Positions 53,549 to 63,640 of a DNA stretch of 64,000 bases are shown piece after piece. Below the pieces are notes generated by a model. The model searched no databases, was not told the DNA's origin, and was given only the letters and a program-made list of their open reading frames with translations. The DNA is from an uncultured Rhodobacterales bacterium (lineage in GTDB: Bacteria; Pseudomonadota; Alphaproteobacteria; Rhodobacterales; Rhodobacteraceae). Both the position numbers and the translations under genes were made by a program. The stretch spans positions 592 to 64,591 of the forward strand of contig CAZRUV010000001.1 in assembly GCA_964603315.1 (NCBI GenBank), in the 5' to 3' direction. The first letter of the stretch is position 1. Every line of letters begins with the position of its first letter.

Positions 53549-54454
53549 ATGCATATCGAGTTTCGGCACCTGCGGTCGATCAAGGCCATTCACGAGGCGG
53601 GTGGACTGGCCAGGGCGGCAGATCAGCTGCACATCACCCAGTCGGCGCTGAGCCACCAGATCAAGGGCCTGGAAGATCAGGCGGGGGTCGAGCTGTTTGT
53701 CCGGCGGTCAAAACCGTTGCGCCTGTCGGCAGCGGGGTTCCGGCTTTTGCGTCTTGCCGAACAGGTGCTGCCGCAAATCGAGAGCCTGCAGGCGGAATTC
53801 ACTGCGTTGCGGGATGGATCGTCGGGTCGGCTGCACATCGCCATCGAGTGCCACGCCTGTTTCGAGTGGTTGTTCCCCGTGTTGGAAATGTTCCGCCGCA
53901 GTTGGCCGGACGTGGATGTGGATATTCGCCCAGGGTTGGCCTTTGACGCGTTGCCTGCGCTGATGAAGGAGGACGTGGATCTGGTGGTGTCGTCCGATCC
54001 CGAGGAACTGCCGGGCATCGAGTTCATCGAACTGTTTGACTACGCGCCGGTCTTTGTCGCGGCAAGCAGCCATCCGCTGGCACAGAAGGACTATGTCGAC
54101 GCGCGGGATTTTCGGGATCAGACGCTGATCACCTATCCGGTCGAGCGGACCCGGCTGGACGTGTTCAGCCAGCTCCTGATCCCGGCAAAGGTTGAGCCCG
54201 CCGCCGTGCGGCAGGCCGAGCTGACGGCCGTCATTCTGTTGCTGGTGGCCTCGAACCGGGGCGTTTCCGTTCTGCCGGACTGGGTGGTGCGCGAGGTGAA
54301 ATATTCCAGCGATTATGTCACGCGGCCACTGACGCGGTCAGGCCTGACACGTCGGCTTTTTGCGGCGGTGCGCAGCGAAGACCGCGACAAACCCTACATG
54401 CAGAAACTGATCGAACTGGCCCGGGTCGAGGCGCGCAAGCTGCAGGCGGTGTGA
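53549..54454 (+). CDS. metR: LysR-family regulator MetR
   Basis: LHITQSALSHQIK, GRLHIAIECHACFEWL, LITYPV; divergent from metF. Confidence 0.92.
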   Translation: MHIEFRHLRSIKAIHEAGGLARAADQLHITQSALSHQIKGLEDQAGVELFVRRSKPLRLSAAGFRLLRLAEQVLPQIESLQAEFTALRDGSSGRLHIAIECHACFEWLFPVLEMFRRSWPDVDVDIRPGLAFDALPALMKEDVDLVVSSDPEELPGIEFIELFDYAPVFVAASSHPLAQKDYVDARDFRDQTLITYPVERTRLDVFSQLLIPAKVEPAAVRQAELTAVILLLVASNRGVSVLPDWVVREVKYSSDYVTRPLTRSGLTRRLFAAVRSEDRDKPYMQKLIELARVEARKLQAV

Positions 54455-54605
54455 GCGCCGCCGGGCGGGACTGTTTGCCCGGCTGCGCCGGCAAAGGCGC
54501 CCGCCCGCCGACCCTTCTGCTGGTGCGTTGGCTTGCGGGCCTTGGCAAGGGGGGGCGGGGCGCGTATAGCGCGAGTTTGATCCCACGTCGCACGGAGCCA
54601 CAGCC

Positions 54606-55391
54606 ATGCAAGGCAGCGCCAATCTCAACCTCATGATGAAGGCCGCGCGCAAGGCGGGCCGGTCGCTGTCCAAGGATTTTCGCGAGGTGGAAAACCTGCA
54701 AGTGTCCATGAAGGGCGCCGGGGATTTTGTCTCGAAGGCGGATATTGCCGCCGAAGAGATCCTGCGGGACGAGTTGCGCACGGCGCGCCCGACCTATGGT
54801 TGGCTGGCCGAAGAGAGCAGTGCGGAAGAGGGTGAGGATCCAACCCGGCGCTGGATCGTGGATCCGCTGGACGGGACAACGAATTTCCTGCACGGATTGC
54901 CACATTGGGCGGTGTCGATTGCGCTGGAGCACAAGGGGCAGATCGTCGCCGGTGTGATCTATGATCCCAGCAAGGACGAGATGTTCTTTGCCGAAAAGGG
55001 TGCAGGCGCCTGGATGAATGACAGCCGCTTGCGGGTCTCGGGGCGCAACAAGATGATCGAAGCGGTGTTTGCCACGGGCCTGCCATTTGGCGGGCGCGCG
55101 GATCTGCCCGAGACATTGCAGGAATTGGCCCGGGTGTTGCCCACCTGTGCCGGTGTGCGGCGTTTCGGGGCGGCGGCGCTGGATCTGGCTTATGTGGCAG
55201 CAGGGCGATATGACGGCTATTGGGAACGGCGCGTGAATGCGTGGGACGTTGCCGCAGGTCTGGTGATTGCGCGTGAAGCGGGCGCCCTTGTCGAGCCGAT
55301 TGCTGACGGCGCCGACCCGCTGGAGGATGGCGAGGTCATCTGCGCCAATGAAGGCCTGTTTGCGCCTCTGGCAAAGGCCGTTCGCGGCTGA
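54606..55391 (+). CDS. suhB: Inositol monophosphatase family protein SuhB
   Basis: WIVDPLDGTTNFLHG, RRFGAAALDLAYVA, WDVAAG. Confidence 0.9.
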   Translation: MQGSANLNLMMKAARKAGRSLSKDFREVENLQVSMKGAGDFVSKADIAAEEILRDELRTARPTYGWLAEESSAEEGEDPTRRWIVDPLDGTTNFLHGLPHWAVSIALEHKGQIVAGVIYDPSKDEMFFAEKGAGAWMNDSRLRVSGRNKMIEAVFATGLPFGGRADLPETLQELARVLPTCAGVRRFGAAALDLAYVAAGRYDGYWERRVNAWDVAAGLVIAREAGALVEPIADGADPLEDGEVICANEGLFAPLAKAVRG

Positions 55392-55398
55392 TTGCCTT

Positions 55399-56133
55399 TC
55401 AGCGCGAGATTTTCGGGATGCGCGACCGGGAATAGGTCGCTTCGGGGTGTGGCGGGTGGCCATGGGTCCGCTGCCAGAAACCCGGTCCGCCGCGCTTGAG
55501 CCACAGGGGCAGCGTGAGGACGGCGCCAGCGACAAATCCACCCGCATGCGCCCAATAGGCGACGCCGCCTTCGTCGGGATTGGCGCTGAGCCCGCCGAAG
55601 AACTGAAGCGCGAACCAGACACCCAGCATGATCCAGGCCGGTATCGGAAAGATGCGGAAGATCACGATGAGGATCAGCAGGATATCGACGCGCGCCTTGG
55701 GAAAGAGCAACAGGTAGCCCCCCATGACACCCGCGATGGCGCCGGAAGCGCCAACCGTCGGTACGGTCGAATAGGGTGCTGATGCCACATGGATCAGTCC
55801 CGCGATCACGCCAGTGCCGACATAGAAGCCAAGATAGGGCAGGTGGCCCATCTCGTCCTCGACATTGTCACCGAAGATGAACAAAAACAGCATGTTGCCG
55901 ATTAGGTGCATCCAGCCGCCATGCAGGAACATGGAACTGAAGAGGGTGGTAAATCCTTCTCCGCTGGTGATGCGGGCGGGGATCGCGGCGTATTCGAAAA
56001 AGAAGCCGTTGAGGGCACGCGGGTCGTCAAAAAGGGGCACGTAGCTGAGGAAAACGGCGACGTTGATGCCGATGAGCACCCATGTGACATAAGGCGTGCG
56101 GCCTGACGGATTGTGATCACGGATCGGAAACAT
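55399..56133 (-). CDS. Rhomboid intramembrane serine protease
   Basis: FLHGGWMHLIGNM, GASG, AHAGG. Confidence 0.92.
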   Translation of the reverse strand: MFPIRDHNPSGRTPYVTWVLIGINVAVFLSYVPLFDDPRALNGFFFEYAAIPARITSGEGFTTLFSSMFLHGGWMHLIGNMLFLFIFGDNVEDEMGHLPYLGFYVGTGVIAGLIHVASAPYSTVPTVGASGAIAGVMGGYLLLFPKARVDILLILIVIFRIFPIPAWIMLGVWFALQFFGGLSANPDEGGVAYWAHAGGFVAGAVLTLPLWLKRGGPGFWQRTHGHPPHPEATYSRSRIPKISR

Positions 56134-56196
56134 AGGCGCACATAGTGAAGCACTGCCGCGCCCGGTCAAGGGGTTCGGCCCGTCTGCCGAACCGTC

Positions 56197-59100
56197 CTAG
56201 CCGAATTGGCCCAGAAGGGCCGCATTGCCACCCGCTGCTGTCGTGTCGACGCAGAGGTGCCATTCGCACAGCACGTCGGAACGTCTGGGTGCGCCGGTCA
56301 GCACGGGAACGATCGGACCATCCCGGTCTGCGAGCACTCCTTCGAACCTGCGCGCCGTTTCGGCGTCGCCCCACCACAGGACGCCGCCGATATCCGGAAG
56401 GGAACGCAGATGTTCCGGGGTGACGGGATCCGATGCGGGTGACGCGTGCCCCCCGAGGGTGCGGACTGCGTCGGCCTGTGCCGCGATGTTGTCCGGGCCG
56501 GGGCCTGCGCAAAGGATGGGCAACTTGGGGCGGTGGTGCAATGTGTTCGCCTCTCCGGTCGGGCCGGGCAAATGCGTGACATGCGGGGCAGGCGCCGCGT
56601 CACTCGCCTGAAAACGCGATACGTAGTCCGGCCCACCGGCCTTGGGCCCGGTGCCCGACAGGCCCATCCCGCCGAAGGGCTGACTGCCCACCACGGCACC
56701 GATCTGGTTGCGGTTGACATAGATGTTGCCGGCGCGGATGCGCTGCGTCACCGCCTCGACCCTGTCGTCGATGCGGGTGTGCAGCCCAAAGGTGAGCCCG
56801 TAGCCGGTGCCGTTTATGTCGTCGATCACCCGGTCAAGGTCGTCCGACGCAAACGTCGCGATGTGCAGGACCGGGCCAAAGATCTCGGATTTGAGATCGC
56901 GGATCCCGCGCACGCGGATCAGGGTCGGCGAAACGAAAGTACCATGCTCGGGTGCTGAGAGCTGGTGCAGGACACGACCGTCGGCGGCTGCGGCACTGAT
57001 ATGTGCCGCGATCCCGTCACGGGCGTGGGCGTCAATCACCGGGCCCACATCCGTGGCGCGGTCCCAGGGGTGACCAATGACGAGTGCGTCCATCGCCCCG
57101 GTCAGCATGTCGATGAAATCCGGCGCGATGTCTTCCTGAACATAAAGGCAGCGCAGCGCCGAACAGCGCTGCCCGGCGGATTGGAAGGCGCTTTCGATCA
57201 CGCTGCGCACCGCTTGTTCCGGCAGGGCCGTGCTGTCGACGATCATGGCGTTGAGCCCGCCCGTCTCGGCGATGAAGGGCGTGCCGGGGGCGGCGTGCGT
57301 GGCAAGGCTTGCGCGGATGCGGAGGGCGGTCGCGGTCGAGCCGGTAAACGCCACGGCGTCCGGGGCCGATGCGGTCAGGGCTGCGCCAAGTGCGCCGTCG
57401 CCGGGCAACAGTTGCAGTGCTGCGCGGGGCACGCCCGCCTCGTGCAGCAGGCGGATGGCAAGGTCGGCGATCAGCGGTGTCTGTTCCGCAGGCTTTGCGA
57501 TGACGGCGTTGCCGGCGGCCAGGGCGGCCGTCAGCTGGCCGGTGAAGATGGCCAACGGGAAATTCCACGGGGAAATGCACAGCACTGTACCAACCGGGTC
57601 GCGGTCGCTTGCAGCCAGCGCGTAATAGCGCAGGAAATCCACGGCCTCGCGCAACTCGGCCACGGCGTCGGGCAGCGACTTGCCCGCCTCGCGGGCAAGC
57701 AGGGCAAAGATCTCGCCAAAACGCGCTTCGTAGAGATCGGCCGCGGTTTCGAGGATGCGCCGCCGTTCGGATGCCGGTGCCGCCCATGGTGCGGCATCCG
57801 CAAAGGCTTGTGGCGCGGCGTCCGGGCCCGCTTCGATCACCGTCCCGACCTGATCGGCGGGATCAGCGGGGTTGAGAATTGGGCGTGTGGCCCCGGCAAC
57901 GGGTTGCAGCGTGAGAGGGGTCGCGGACCACTGGTGGTCGGCAAAGGGTGCGCGGGCGCTGTCGATCCGCGCCAGGGTCGGCAAATGCGCAAGGTCAAAC
58001 CCGGCTGAATTGCGTCGTTCCGGGCCAAAAAGAGCAGGGCCATCCGCCAGTTCCGGCTGTTCTGCGTCCAGCGCGCCGAAGGGGTCAGCGACGACTTCTG
58101 CCGCAGGCAAATCCGTGTCCACGATCTGATTGACAAAGCTGGAATTCGCTCCGTTTTCGAGCAGGCGGCGGACAAGGTAGGCCAGCAGGTCCTTATGCGC
58201 CCCTACGGGTGCGTATATTCTGCACCGGTGCCCGTGGGCCTTCCGCACGATCTCGTGCAGTGTCTCACCCATCCCGTGCAGGCGCTGAAACTCGAATGGC
58301 CTCTCTTCGGCCATGTGCAGGATCGCGGCGACCGTGTGGGCGTTGTGCGTTGCAAACTGGGGATAGAGCCGGTCTGACATGTCCAGCAGTTTGCGCGCGT
58401 TGGCGATGTAGGAGACATCCGTAGCCGCCTTTTGCGTGAACACCGGAAAGCCCGGTACACCCGCGATCTGGGCCCGCTTGATCTCGGTGTCCCAATACGC
58501 GCCCTTGACCAGCCGCACCATGAGGCGGCGGTCGTGGCGGTGCGCCATGTCGTAGAGCGCGTCGATCACATGTGGCGCGCGCTGTCCGTAGGCCTGTACG
58601 ACAACACCAAAACCGTCCCAACCCGCCAGCGCGTGATTGGCGAGCGTGGCCTCGATCACCTGCAAGGACAGCGACAGGCGGTCCGCCTCTTCGGCATCGA
58701 CGTTGAGCCCCATGCCAGCCGATTTGGCCAGGAGCGCCAGAGCCGTGAGGCGCGGGACAAGCTGATCCATGACCTGTCCGTCCTGCGCCCGTTCATAGCG
58801 CGGAAACAGCGCCGACAGCTTGACCGAGATCCCCGGATTGTCGCGAACATGCGCGTGGGTACATGCGGAGGCGATGGCCGAAATCGCACTGGAATAGCTC
58901 AGGTGATATTGGCGCGCATCCGCTTCGGTCAGCGCAGCCTCCCCCAGCATGTCATAGGAATAGGTGTACCCCTTGGCCTCCATCCCGGCGGCGCGTGTCA
59001 TGGCCGTGTCGATGCGCTCGCCCAAGACGAACTGGCGACCCATCTCTTTCATCGCGGCAGAGACGGCGGTGCGGATCACAGGCTCACCCAGCCGCTTTAT

Positions 59101-59532
59101 GGCGGCCCGCAAGTGGCCAACGGGCCCCGTGGGCGCATCGTCAAGCACGCGCCCCGTCAACATCAGCGCCCAGGTCGAGGCGTTGACGAGGCTGGACGTC
59201 GACTGGCCAAGATGCTTGCCCCAGTCGGATGGGGCGATCTTGTCCTCGATCAGGGCGTCGATCGTATCGGCATCCGGGACGCGCAGCAGCGCTTCGGCGA
59301 GGCACATCAGCGCGACGCCTTCATCCGTGGACAGGCCGTATTCGGCGAGAAACACTTCCATCACGCCGGGGGCGGTGGCGGAACGCACATCTTCGACCAT
59401 GCGGGTCGCGGTGCTGTGGATCCTAGCCCGGTCATCGGGTGTCAGCTGCGCAAGGCGGATCAGATGCGGCAGACATGACGACGGGTCGTCATAAGTGTGC
59501 TGGTCAATTGCGAATGCACTGTCTTGCGTCAT
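56197..59532 (-). CDS. putA: Bifunctional proline dehydrogenase/P5C dehydrogenase
   Basis: SYDMLGEAA, RLVKGAYWD, FQRLHGMG, LLENGANSSF, ISPWNFP, SAGQRCSALR. Confidence 0.96.
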   Translation of the reverse strand: MTQDSAFAIDQHTYDDPSSCLPHLIRLAQLTPDDRARIHSTATRMVEDVRSATAPGVMEVFLAEYGLSTDEGVALMCLAEALLRVPDADTIDALIEDKIAPSDWGKHLGQSTSSLVNASTWALMLTGRVLDDAPTGPVGHLRAAIKRLGEPVIRTAVSAAMKEMGRQFVLGERIDTAMTRAAGMEAKGYTYSYDMLGEAALTEADARQYHLSYSSAISAIASACTHAHVRDNPGISVKLSALFPRYERAQDGQVMDQLVPRLTALALLAKSAGMGLNVDAEEADRLSLSLQVIEATLANHALAGWDGFGVVVQAYGQRAPHVIDALYDMAHRHDRRLMVRLVKGAYWDTEIKRAQIAGVPGFPVFTQKAATDVSYIANARKLLDMSDRLYPQFATHNAHTVAAILHMAEERPFEFQRLHGMGETLHEIVRKAHGHRCRIYAPVGAHKDLLAYLVRRLLENGANSSFVNQIVDTDLPAAEVVADPFGALDAEQPELADGPALFGPERRNSAGFDLAHLPTLARIDSARAPFADHQWSATPLTLQPVAGATRPILNPADPADQVGTVIEAGPDAAPQAFADAAPWAAPASERRRILETAADLYEARFGEIFALLAREAGKSLPDAVAELREAVDFLRYYALAASDRDPVGTVLCISPWNFPLAIFTGQLTAALAAGNAVIAKPAEQTPLIADLAIRLLHEAGVPRAALQLLPGDGALGAALTASAPDAVAFTGSTATALRIRASLATHAAPGTPFIAETGGLNAMIVDSTALPEQAVRSVIESAFQSAGQRCSALRCLYVQEDIAPDFIDMLTGAMDALVIGHPWDRATDVGPVIDAHARDGIAAHISAAAADGRVLHQLSAPEHGTFVSPTLIRVRGIRDLKSEIFGPVLHIATFASDDLDRVIDDINGTGYGLTFGLHTRIDDRVEAVTQRIRAGNIYVNRNQIGAVVGSQPFGGMGLSGTGPKAGGPDYVSRFQASDAAPAPHVTHLPGPTGEANTLHHRPKLPILCAGPGPDNIAAQADAVRTLGGHASPASDPVTPEHLRSLPDIGGVLWWGDAETARRFEGVLADRDGPIVPVLTGAPRRSDVLCEWHLCVDTTAAGGNAALLGQFG

Positions 59533-59602
59533 TGGCTCTTCCCTGGTCGTTATGGGAAGCGTATCACAGCATTCAAAGTGTATTTTCCTGAAAGGCAGAC
59601 TC

Positions 59603-60130
59603 ATGGCCAGAAATTCCACTGAAAAACCCCCGAAAGACGGTGAAAGTGGCAAGCCAAGGCTTGACCGGCTGGACCATGCGATTCTGGTTGCCCTGGCGCA
59701 GGATGCACGGATCAGCATCACCGATCTTGCGGTGCGCATCGGGCTTTCGAAATCGCCCACCCAAGCCCGATTGCGGCGGCTGGAGACCCAAGGCGTGATC
59801 AAAGGGTACCGGGCCTTGCTCGACCCGATCCAGTTGGGCCTTGATCACGTTGCCTTCGTCGAGGTGCGGCTGACCGAGACGCGCGAGGCCGCGTTGGCGG
59901 CGTTCAACGCGGCTGTGCGCGCCGTTCCGCAGGTGGAACAGGCGCACATGATTGCAAGCCGCTATGACTACCTTCTGAAGGTGCGCACACGCGACATGGC
60001 CGACTATCGCCACGTGCTGGGCGAGGTGATTTCGAACCTTCCATATGTCGACGCAACCTCGACCTTTGTGGCGATGGAGGCGGTCAAGGAAGTGATGCTG
60101 CCCGACATCGGAACGGATGGCTTGACCTGA
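59603..60130 (+). CDS. putR: Lrp-family regulator, PutR-like
   Basis: LDRLDHAIL, GLSKSPTQARLRRLE; divergent from putA. Confidence 0.8.
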   Translation: MARNSTEKPPKDGESGKPRLDRLDHAILVALAQDARISITDLAVRIGLSKSPTQARLRRLETQGVIKGYRALLDPIQLGLDHVAFVEVRLTETREAALAAFNAAVRAVPQVEQAHMIASRYDYLLKVRTRDMADYRHVLGEVISNLPYVDATSTFVAMEAVKEVMLPDIGTDGLT

Positions 60131-60155
60131 GCGCATTCTGCGTCACGTTTGGGCC

Positions 60156-60710
60156 ATGCGATGGATCATGCTTTTCACCCTCTTTGCCGCGCCTTTGGCG
60201 GCGGAAACCTGTCCCGATGTCCCGGACCATTCCGGGGAACTGGCCACACTGTTCGAAGAGGCGCGGGCCGCGCCGGACGAGGCAACGGGCCGTGTGCTGT
60301 CCGGCAAGATGTGGGAATTGTGGCTGGATGCACCCGATGCCGCTGCGCAGGAGGTGCTGGATCGCGGCATGCGCCAGCGTGCTGAGTTTGATTTTCTGGG
60401 CGCATTGTCCAGTTTTGACACGCTGGTCGCCTATTGCCCGGACTATGCGGAAGGCTACAACCAACGCGCCTTTGTGCATTTTCTGAACGCGGACTACCCG
60501 GCAGCGCTTGCCGATCTCGATATCGCTCTTGGTCTGGTGCCGGATCATGTGGGCGCGCAATCGGGTCGGGCGCTGACCCTGATGAACCTTGGCCAGACGC
60601 GCGCGGCGCGCGCGCAGATGCTCGAAGCGCTTGAAAACAACCCGTGGCTGTCCGAGCGTGCCCTGCTGGCGGATGGGGCACCTTTGGGGCCGCAGGGGCA
60701 GGATCTGTAA
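60156..60710 (+). CDS. Secreted TPR-repeat protein
   Basis: Signal peptide; PDYAEGYNQRAF..., PDHVGAQSGRAL. Confidence 0.85.
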   Translation: MRWIMLFTLFAAPLAAETCPDVPDHSGELATLFEEARAAPDEATGRVLSGKMWELWLDAPDAAAQEVLDRGMRQRAEFDFLGALSSFDTLVAYCPDYAEGYNQRAFVHFLNADYPAALADLDIALGLVPDHVGAQSGRALTLMNLGQTRAARAQMLEALENNPWLSERALLADGAPLGPQGQDL

Positions 60711-60758
60711 ACAAGCCGTCTTGTGAGCCTGCGTTGCATTGCCTAACAAGGGGGCGTT

Positions 60759-60844
60759 GCGGGCGTGATGGAATGGTAGACATATCGGACTTAAAATCCG
60801 AAGGGCTGACGCCCGTGTGGGTTCGAGTCCCACCGCCCGTACCA
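60759..60844 (+). tRNA. tRNA-Leu(TAA)
   Basis: Acceptor GCGGGCG/CGCCCGT, TCGGA-CTTAAAA-TCCGA, variable arm, GGTTCGAGTCC, ACCA. Confidence 0.96.
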
Positions 60845-60986
60845 TTCTGGACTGACACGCACTGTGCTCGCTGGACGCAATGTCGAAACGACGCATTCGC
60901 GCGGCCGCGATCCGCCCTGCCGCAGCGGTCGCAATAGATGCCCGGCCATTGCGAAATCTGACTGTGCTTCATAGGTTTGACCGGCA

Positions 60987-61874
60987 ATGAGTGACACGCC
61001 AACCCCCTTGACATCGCCACGGACGCGGGCCCTGTGGTGGCGCATCATCCGCCACGTGATCAAGCTGGACGAGGAAAAGCGGCTGGGTTTGATCGCTGCC
61101 GGTGTCGCGTTCTACGCCATACTTGCGGTTTTCCCGGGCATTGCTGCCACCATCGCCCTGTGGGGGATCGTTGGCGACCCCGGGCTGGCTTTGACGCAGA
61201 TGGAGGAGTTTCAGGCCCTGATCCCGGCGGATGTCTACGCGTTGCTGGCCGCCCAGTTGATCGCACTCGAGACGGCAGACGGGTTGACGCTGGGGTGGGC
61301 CTCGCTGTTGTCCTTCGGATTTGCGCTGTGGTCGGCGCGGGCGGGTGTGGCGGCACTGATGCAGGGCCTCAATGCCATTTATGACGCGCCCAACCGCTCG
61401 GGCCTCGCGCATTACGTCCGGGCGCTGATGCTGACGCTGAGCCTGATGGGCGTATTGCTGGTGGCGATGGCCTGCATTGTCGTCCTGCCGGTGATCCTGG
61501 CGTTCCTGCCGTTGGGGCCCTGGGCCAATCTGGGGGTCGAAATCCTGCGCTGGGGTATCGGCATTGCGGTCCTCGTGTTCGGCTTTGCGGTGATCTACCG
61601 GCTGGGTCCAAACCTGCAGGGCGCGCGACCGCGCCTGATCACGCCCGGCGCGTTGTTTGCGGTGGTGGGGTGGCTCGTGGCGTCGAGTGGCTTTTCCGTC
61701 TACCTTCAGAATTTCGGGCGGTATAACGAGATCTACGGCTCGCTCGGCGCGGTCATCGTGATGCTGATGTGGCTCTTTTTCAGCGCCTATCTCGTGCTGC
61801 TCGGTGGTGCGCTGAATGCCGAGCTTGCCCGCGCGCGGTCTACCCCAGAAGAACCAGCCACATCCACGCCGTAA
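60987..61874 (+). CDS. YihY/BrkB family membrane protein
   Basis: AAGVAFY..LAVFP, LNAIY, YRLGPN, YNEIYGSLGAVIV.LMW. Confidence 0.92.
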   Translation: MSDTPTPLTSPRTRALWWRIIRHVIKLDEEKRLGLIAAGVAFYAILAVFPGIAATIALWGIVGDPGLALTQMEEFQALIPADVYALLAAQLIALETADGLTLGWASLLSFGFALWSARAGVAALMQGLNAIYDAPNRSGLAHYVRALMLTLSLMGVLLVAMACIVVLPVILAFLPLGPWANLGVEILRWGIGIAVLVFGFAVIYRLGPNLQGARPRLITPGALFAVVGWLVASSGFSVYLQNFGRYNEIYGSLGAVIVMLMWLFFSAYLVLLGGALNAELARARSTPEEPATSTP

Positions 61875-62769
61875 ACACCGACGCCCCCGTGGCCACAAGC
61901 ACCGAAGACGCGGCCACACGTTTGGCGCGGCCGTACATGTTGGCAAAGATATAGGCGTTGACGCCCGGCGCCATGGCCGCCGTCAGAACACCCGGCTTGA
62001 AGGTTTCGGCCGGTACGGACAGCGCGGTGCCAAGGGCAAAGGTGATCGCGGGATGGACCAGCAGTGAAATGCCGCAGATCATCGCAATCACCCGCGCATC
62101 GCCTTCGGGCCGATAGGCGACCAGCACGCCGCCAAGGGCAAAGAGCGCTGTGGGCAGTGCGGCGCGGATGACGAGGTTGAGCCCGTCCTCGATGACATTC
62201 GGCAGAGCGATTCCGGTGAGGTTGACCACAAATCCCGCCATGATCGCCAGCACCAGCACATTGCGAAACATGGCGCGGATCACGCGGCTTGACGTGTCCA
62301 CCGGGGAGCCGCCGCGATTGCGCGCGATCTCCATCGCCGTGATGCCAAGCCCGTAGCAAAAGGGCGAGTGGAAGGCGATGATGGCGTATGCGCCCGCCAA
62401 TGCTTCGGCGCCGTAAGCGCGTTCGTTGATGGCGAGGCCCAGCAGGACGGAATTCGAAAAGAGGCAGGCAAAACCGATGGCCACGCTGTCCTCCACATCG
62501 CGACCAAAGAGGTGGCGCGCGCCAAGAAACCCAAGCGCAAACCCCGATGCGGCGCCCGCATAGAAGCTGCCCAGCAGGGCGAGGTCCAACCCGTCCGAGA
62601 GGTCGATGGTCGCGATGGCCATGAACAGCAGGCAGGGGATCGCAAAGTGCTGCGAGAATTTCATCAGCGCGTCGACGCCGGCTTCGGAAAAATACCGCCG
62701 CCAGACGGCCACATAGCCGAAACCGATCACGAGAAAGACCGGCAGAATGACGTCAAGGAGGGCCTGCAT
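61840..62769 (-). CDS. AEC family transporter
   Basis: ILPVFLVIGFGY, FAIPCLLF, FSNSVLLG, MAPGVNAYIFA. Confidence 0.9.
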   Translation of the reverse strand: MQALLDVILPVFLVIGFGYVAVWRRYFSEAGVDALMKFSQHFAIPCLLFMAIATIDLSDGLDLALLGSFYAGAASGFALGFLGARHLFGRDVEDSVAIGFACLFSNSVLLGLAINERAYGAEALAGAYAIIAFHSPFCYGLGITAMEIARNRGGSPVDTSSRVIRAMFRNVLVLAIMAGFVVNLTGIALPNVIEDGLNLVIRAALPTALFALGGVLVAYRPEGDARVIAMICGISLLVHPAITFALGTALSVPAETFKPGVLTAAMAPGVNAYIFANMYGRAKRVAASSVLVATGASVFTAWMWLVLLG

Positions 62770-62836
62770 GTTCGGGCCTTTGCGTGTGTGCGCCGGGCAG
62801 GTGCCTGCGGCGGGCGTCGTCAAAAAGAGAAGACGT

Positions 62837-63640
62837 TCAGGCGGCTGGGAACGTCAACGTCAGCCCGTCAAAGGCGGGTTCGATGTGGTCGGGGGTTTCG
62901 GCCATGACCGTGTCATAGTCGAGGTCGATATGCATGTTGGTCAGGATCGCGCGTTTCGGGGCGGCGCGGTTGATCCACTCCAGGGTCTGTGCCAGGTGAC
63001 TGTGTGTCGGGTGTGGATCGCGGCGCAGGGCATCCACAATCCAGCAGTCCAGATTTGCGAGGCTGTCCCAGGCGGGCGCAGGAATGTCGGCCACGTCCGG
63101 CAGGTACGCAAGATCGCCAATGCGAAAGCCAAGCGCATCGATGCTCCCATGACCAACTTCAAACGGGGTGAAGGTGATGCGGCCGCCGGGACCATCAATC
63201 ACCGTGTCCCCATCAATCGTGTGAAGGTCGAGGATCGGCGGGTAAGGCGAGCCTTGCGGCTGGTGGAACACATAGCCGAACCGCCCGAGCAGGTCGTGCT
63301 GCGTGGGCCCGTCTGCCCAGACCTTGAGCCGTTCGCGCATGTTGAACACCACCATGCGCAGATCGTCGATCCCGTGCACGTGATCGGCATGCGCGTGGGT
63401 GTAAATGACACCGTCCAGCCGCCCGACGCCTGCGGTCAGGAGTTGATTGCGCAGATCGGGGGAGGTGTCGACGAGCACGGTTGTCGTGCCATCCGGTCCA
63501 TCCCGCTCGACCAGCAGCGAGCATCGCTGCCTGCGGTTCTTCGGGTTGTCGGGGTCGCAGGCCCCCCAATGCCCGCCCAGCCGGGGCACGCCACCGGACG
63601 AGCCGCAGCCAAGGATGGTAAAGCGCATCTGATCGCTCAT
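62837..63640 (-). CDS. MBL-fold hydrolase (PhnP-like)
   Basis: ILGCGSSGGVP, DTSPDLR, THAHADHVHGIDD. Confidence 0.92.
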   Translation of the reverse strand: MSDQMRFTILGCGSSGGVPRLGGHWGACDPDNPKNRRQRCSLLVERDGPDGTTTVLVDTSPDLRNQLLTAGVGRLDGVIYTHAHADHVHGIDDLRMVVFNMRERLKVWADGPTQHDLLGRFGYVFHQPQGSPYPPILDLHTIDGDTVIDGPGGRITFTPFEVGHGSIDALGFRIGDLAYLPDVADIPAPAWDSLANLDCWIVDALRRDPHPTHSHLAQTLEWINRAAPKRAILTNMHIDLDYDTVMAETPDHIEPAFDGLTLTFPAA

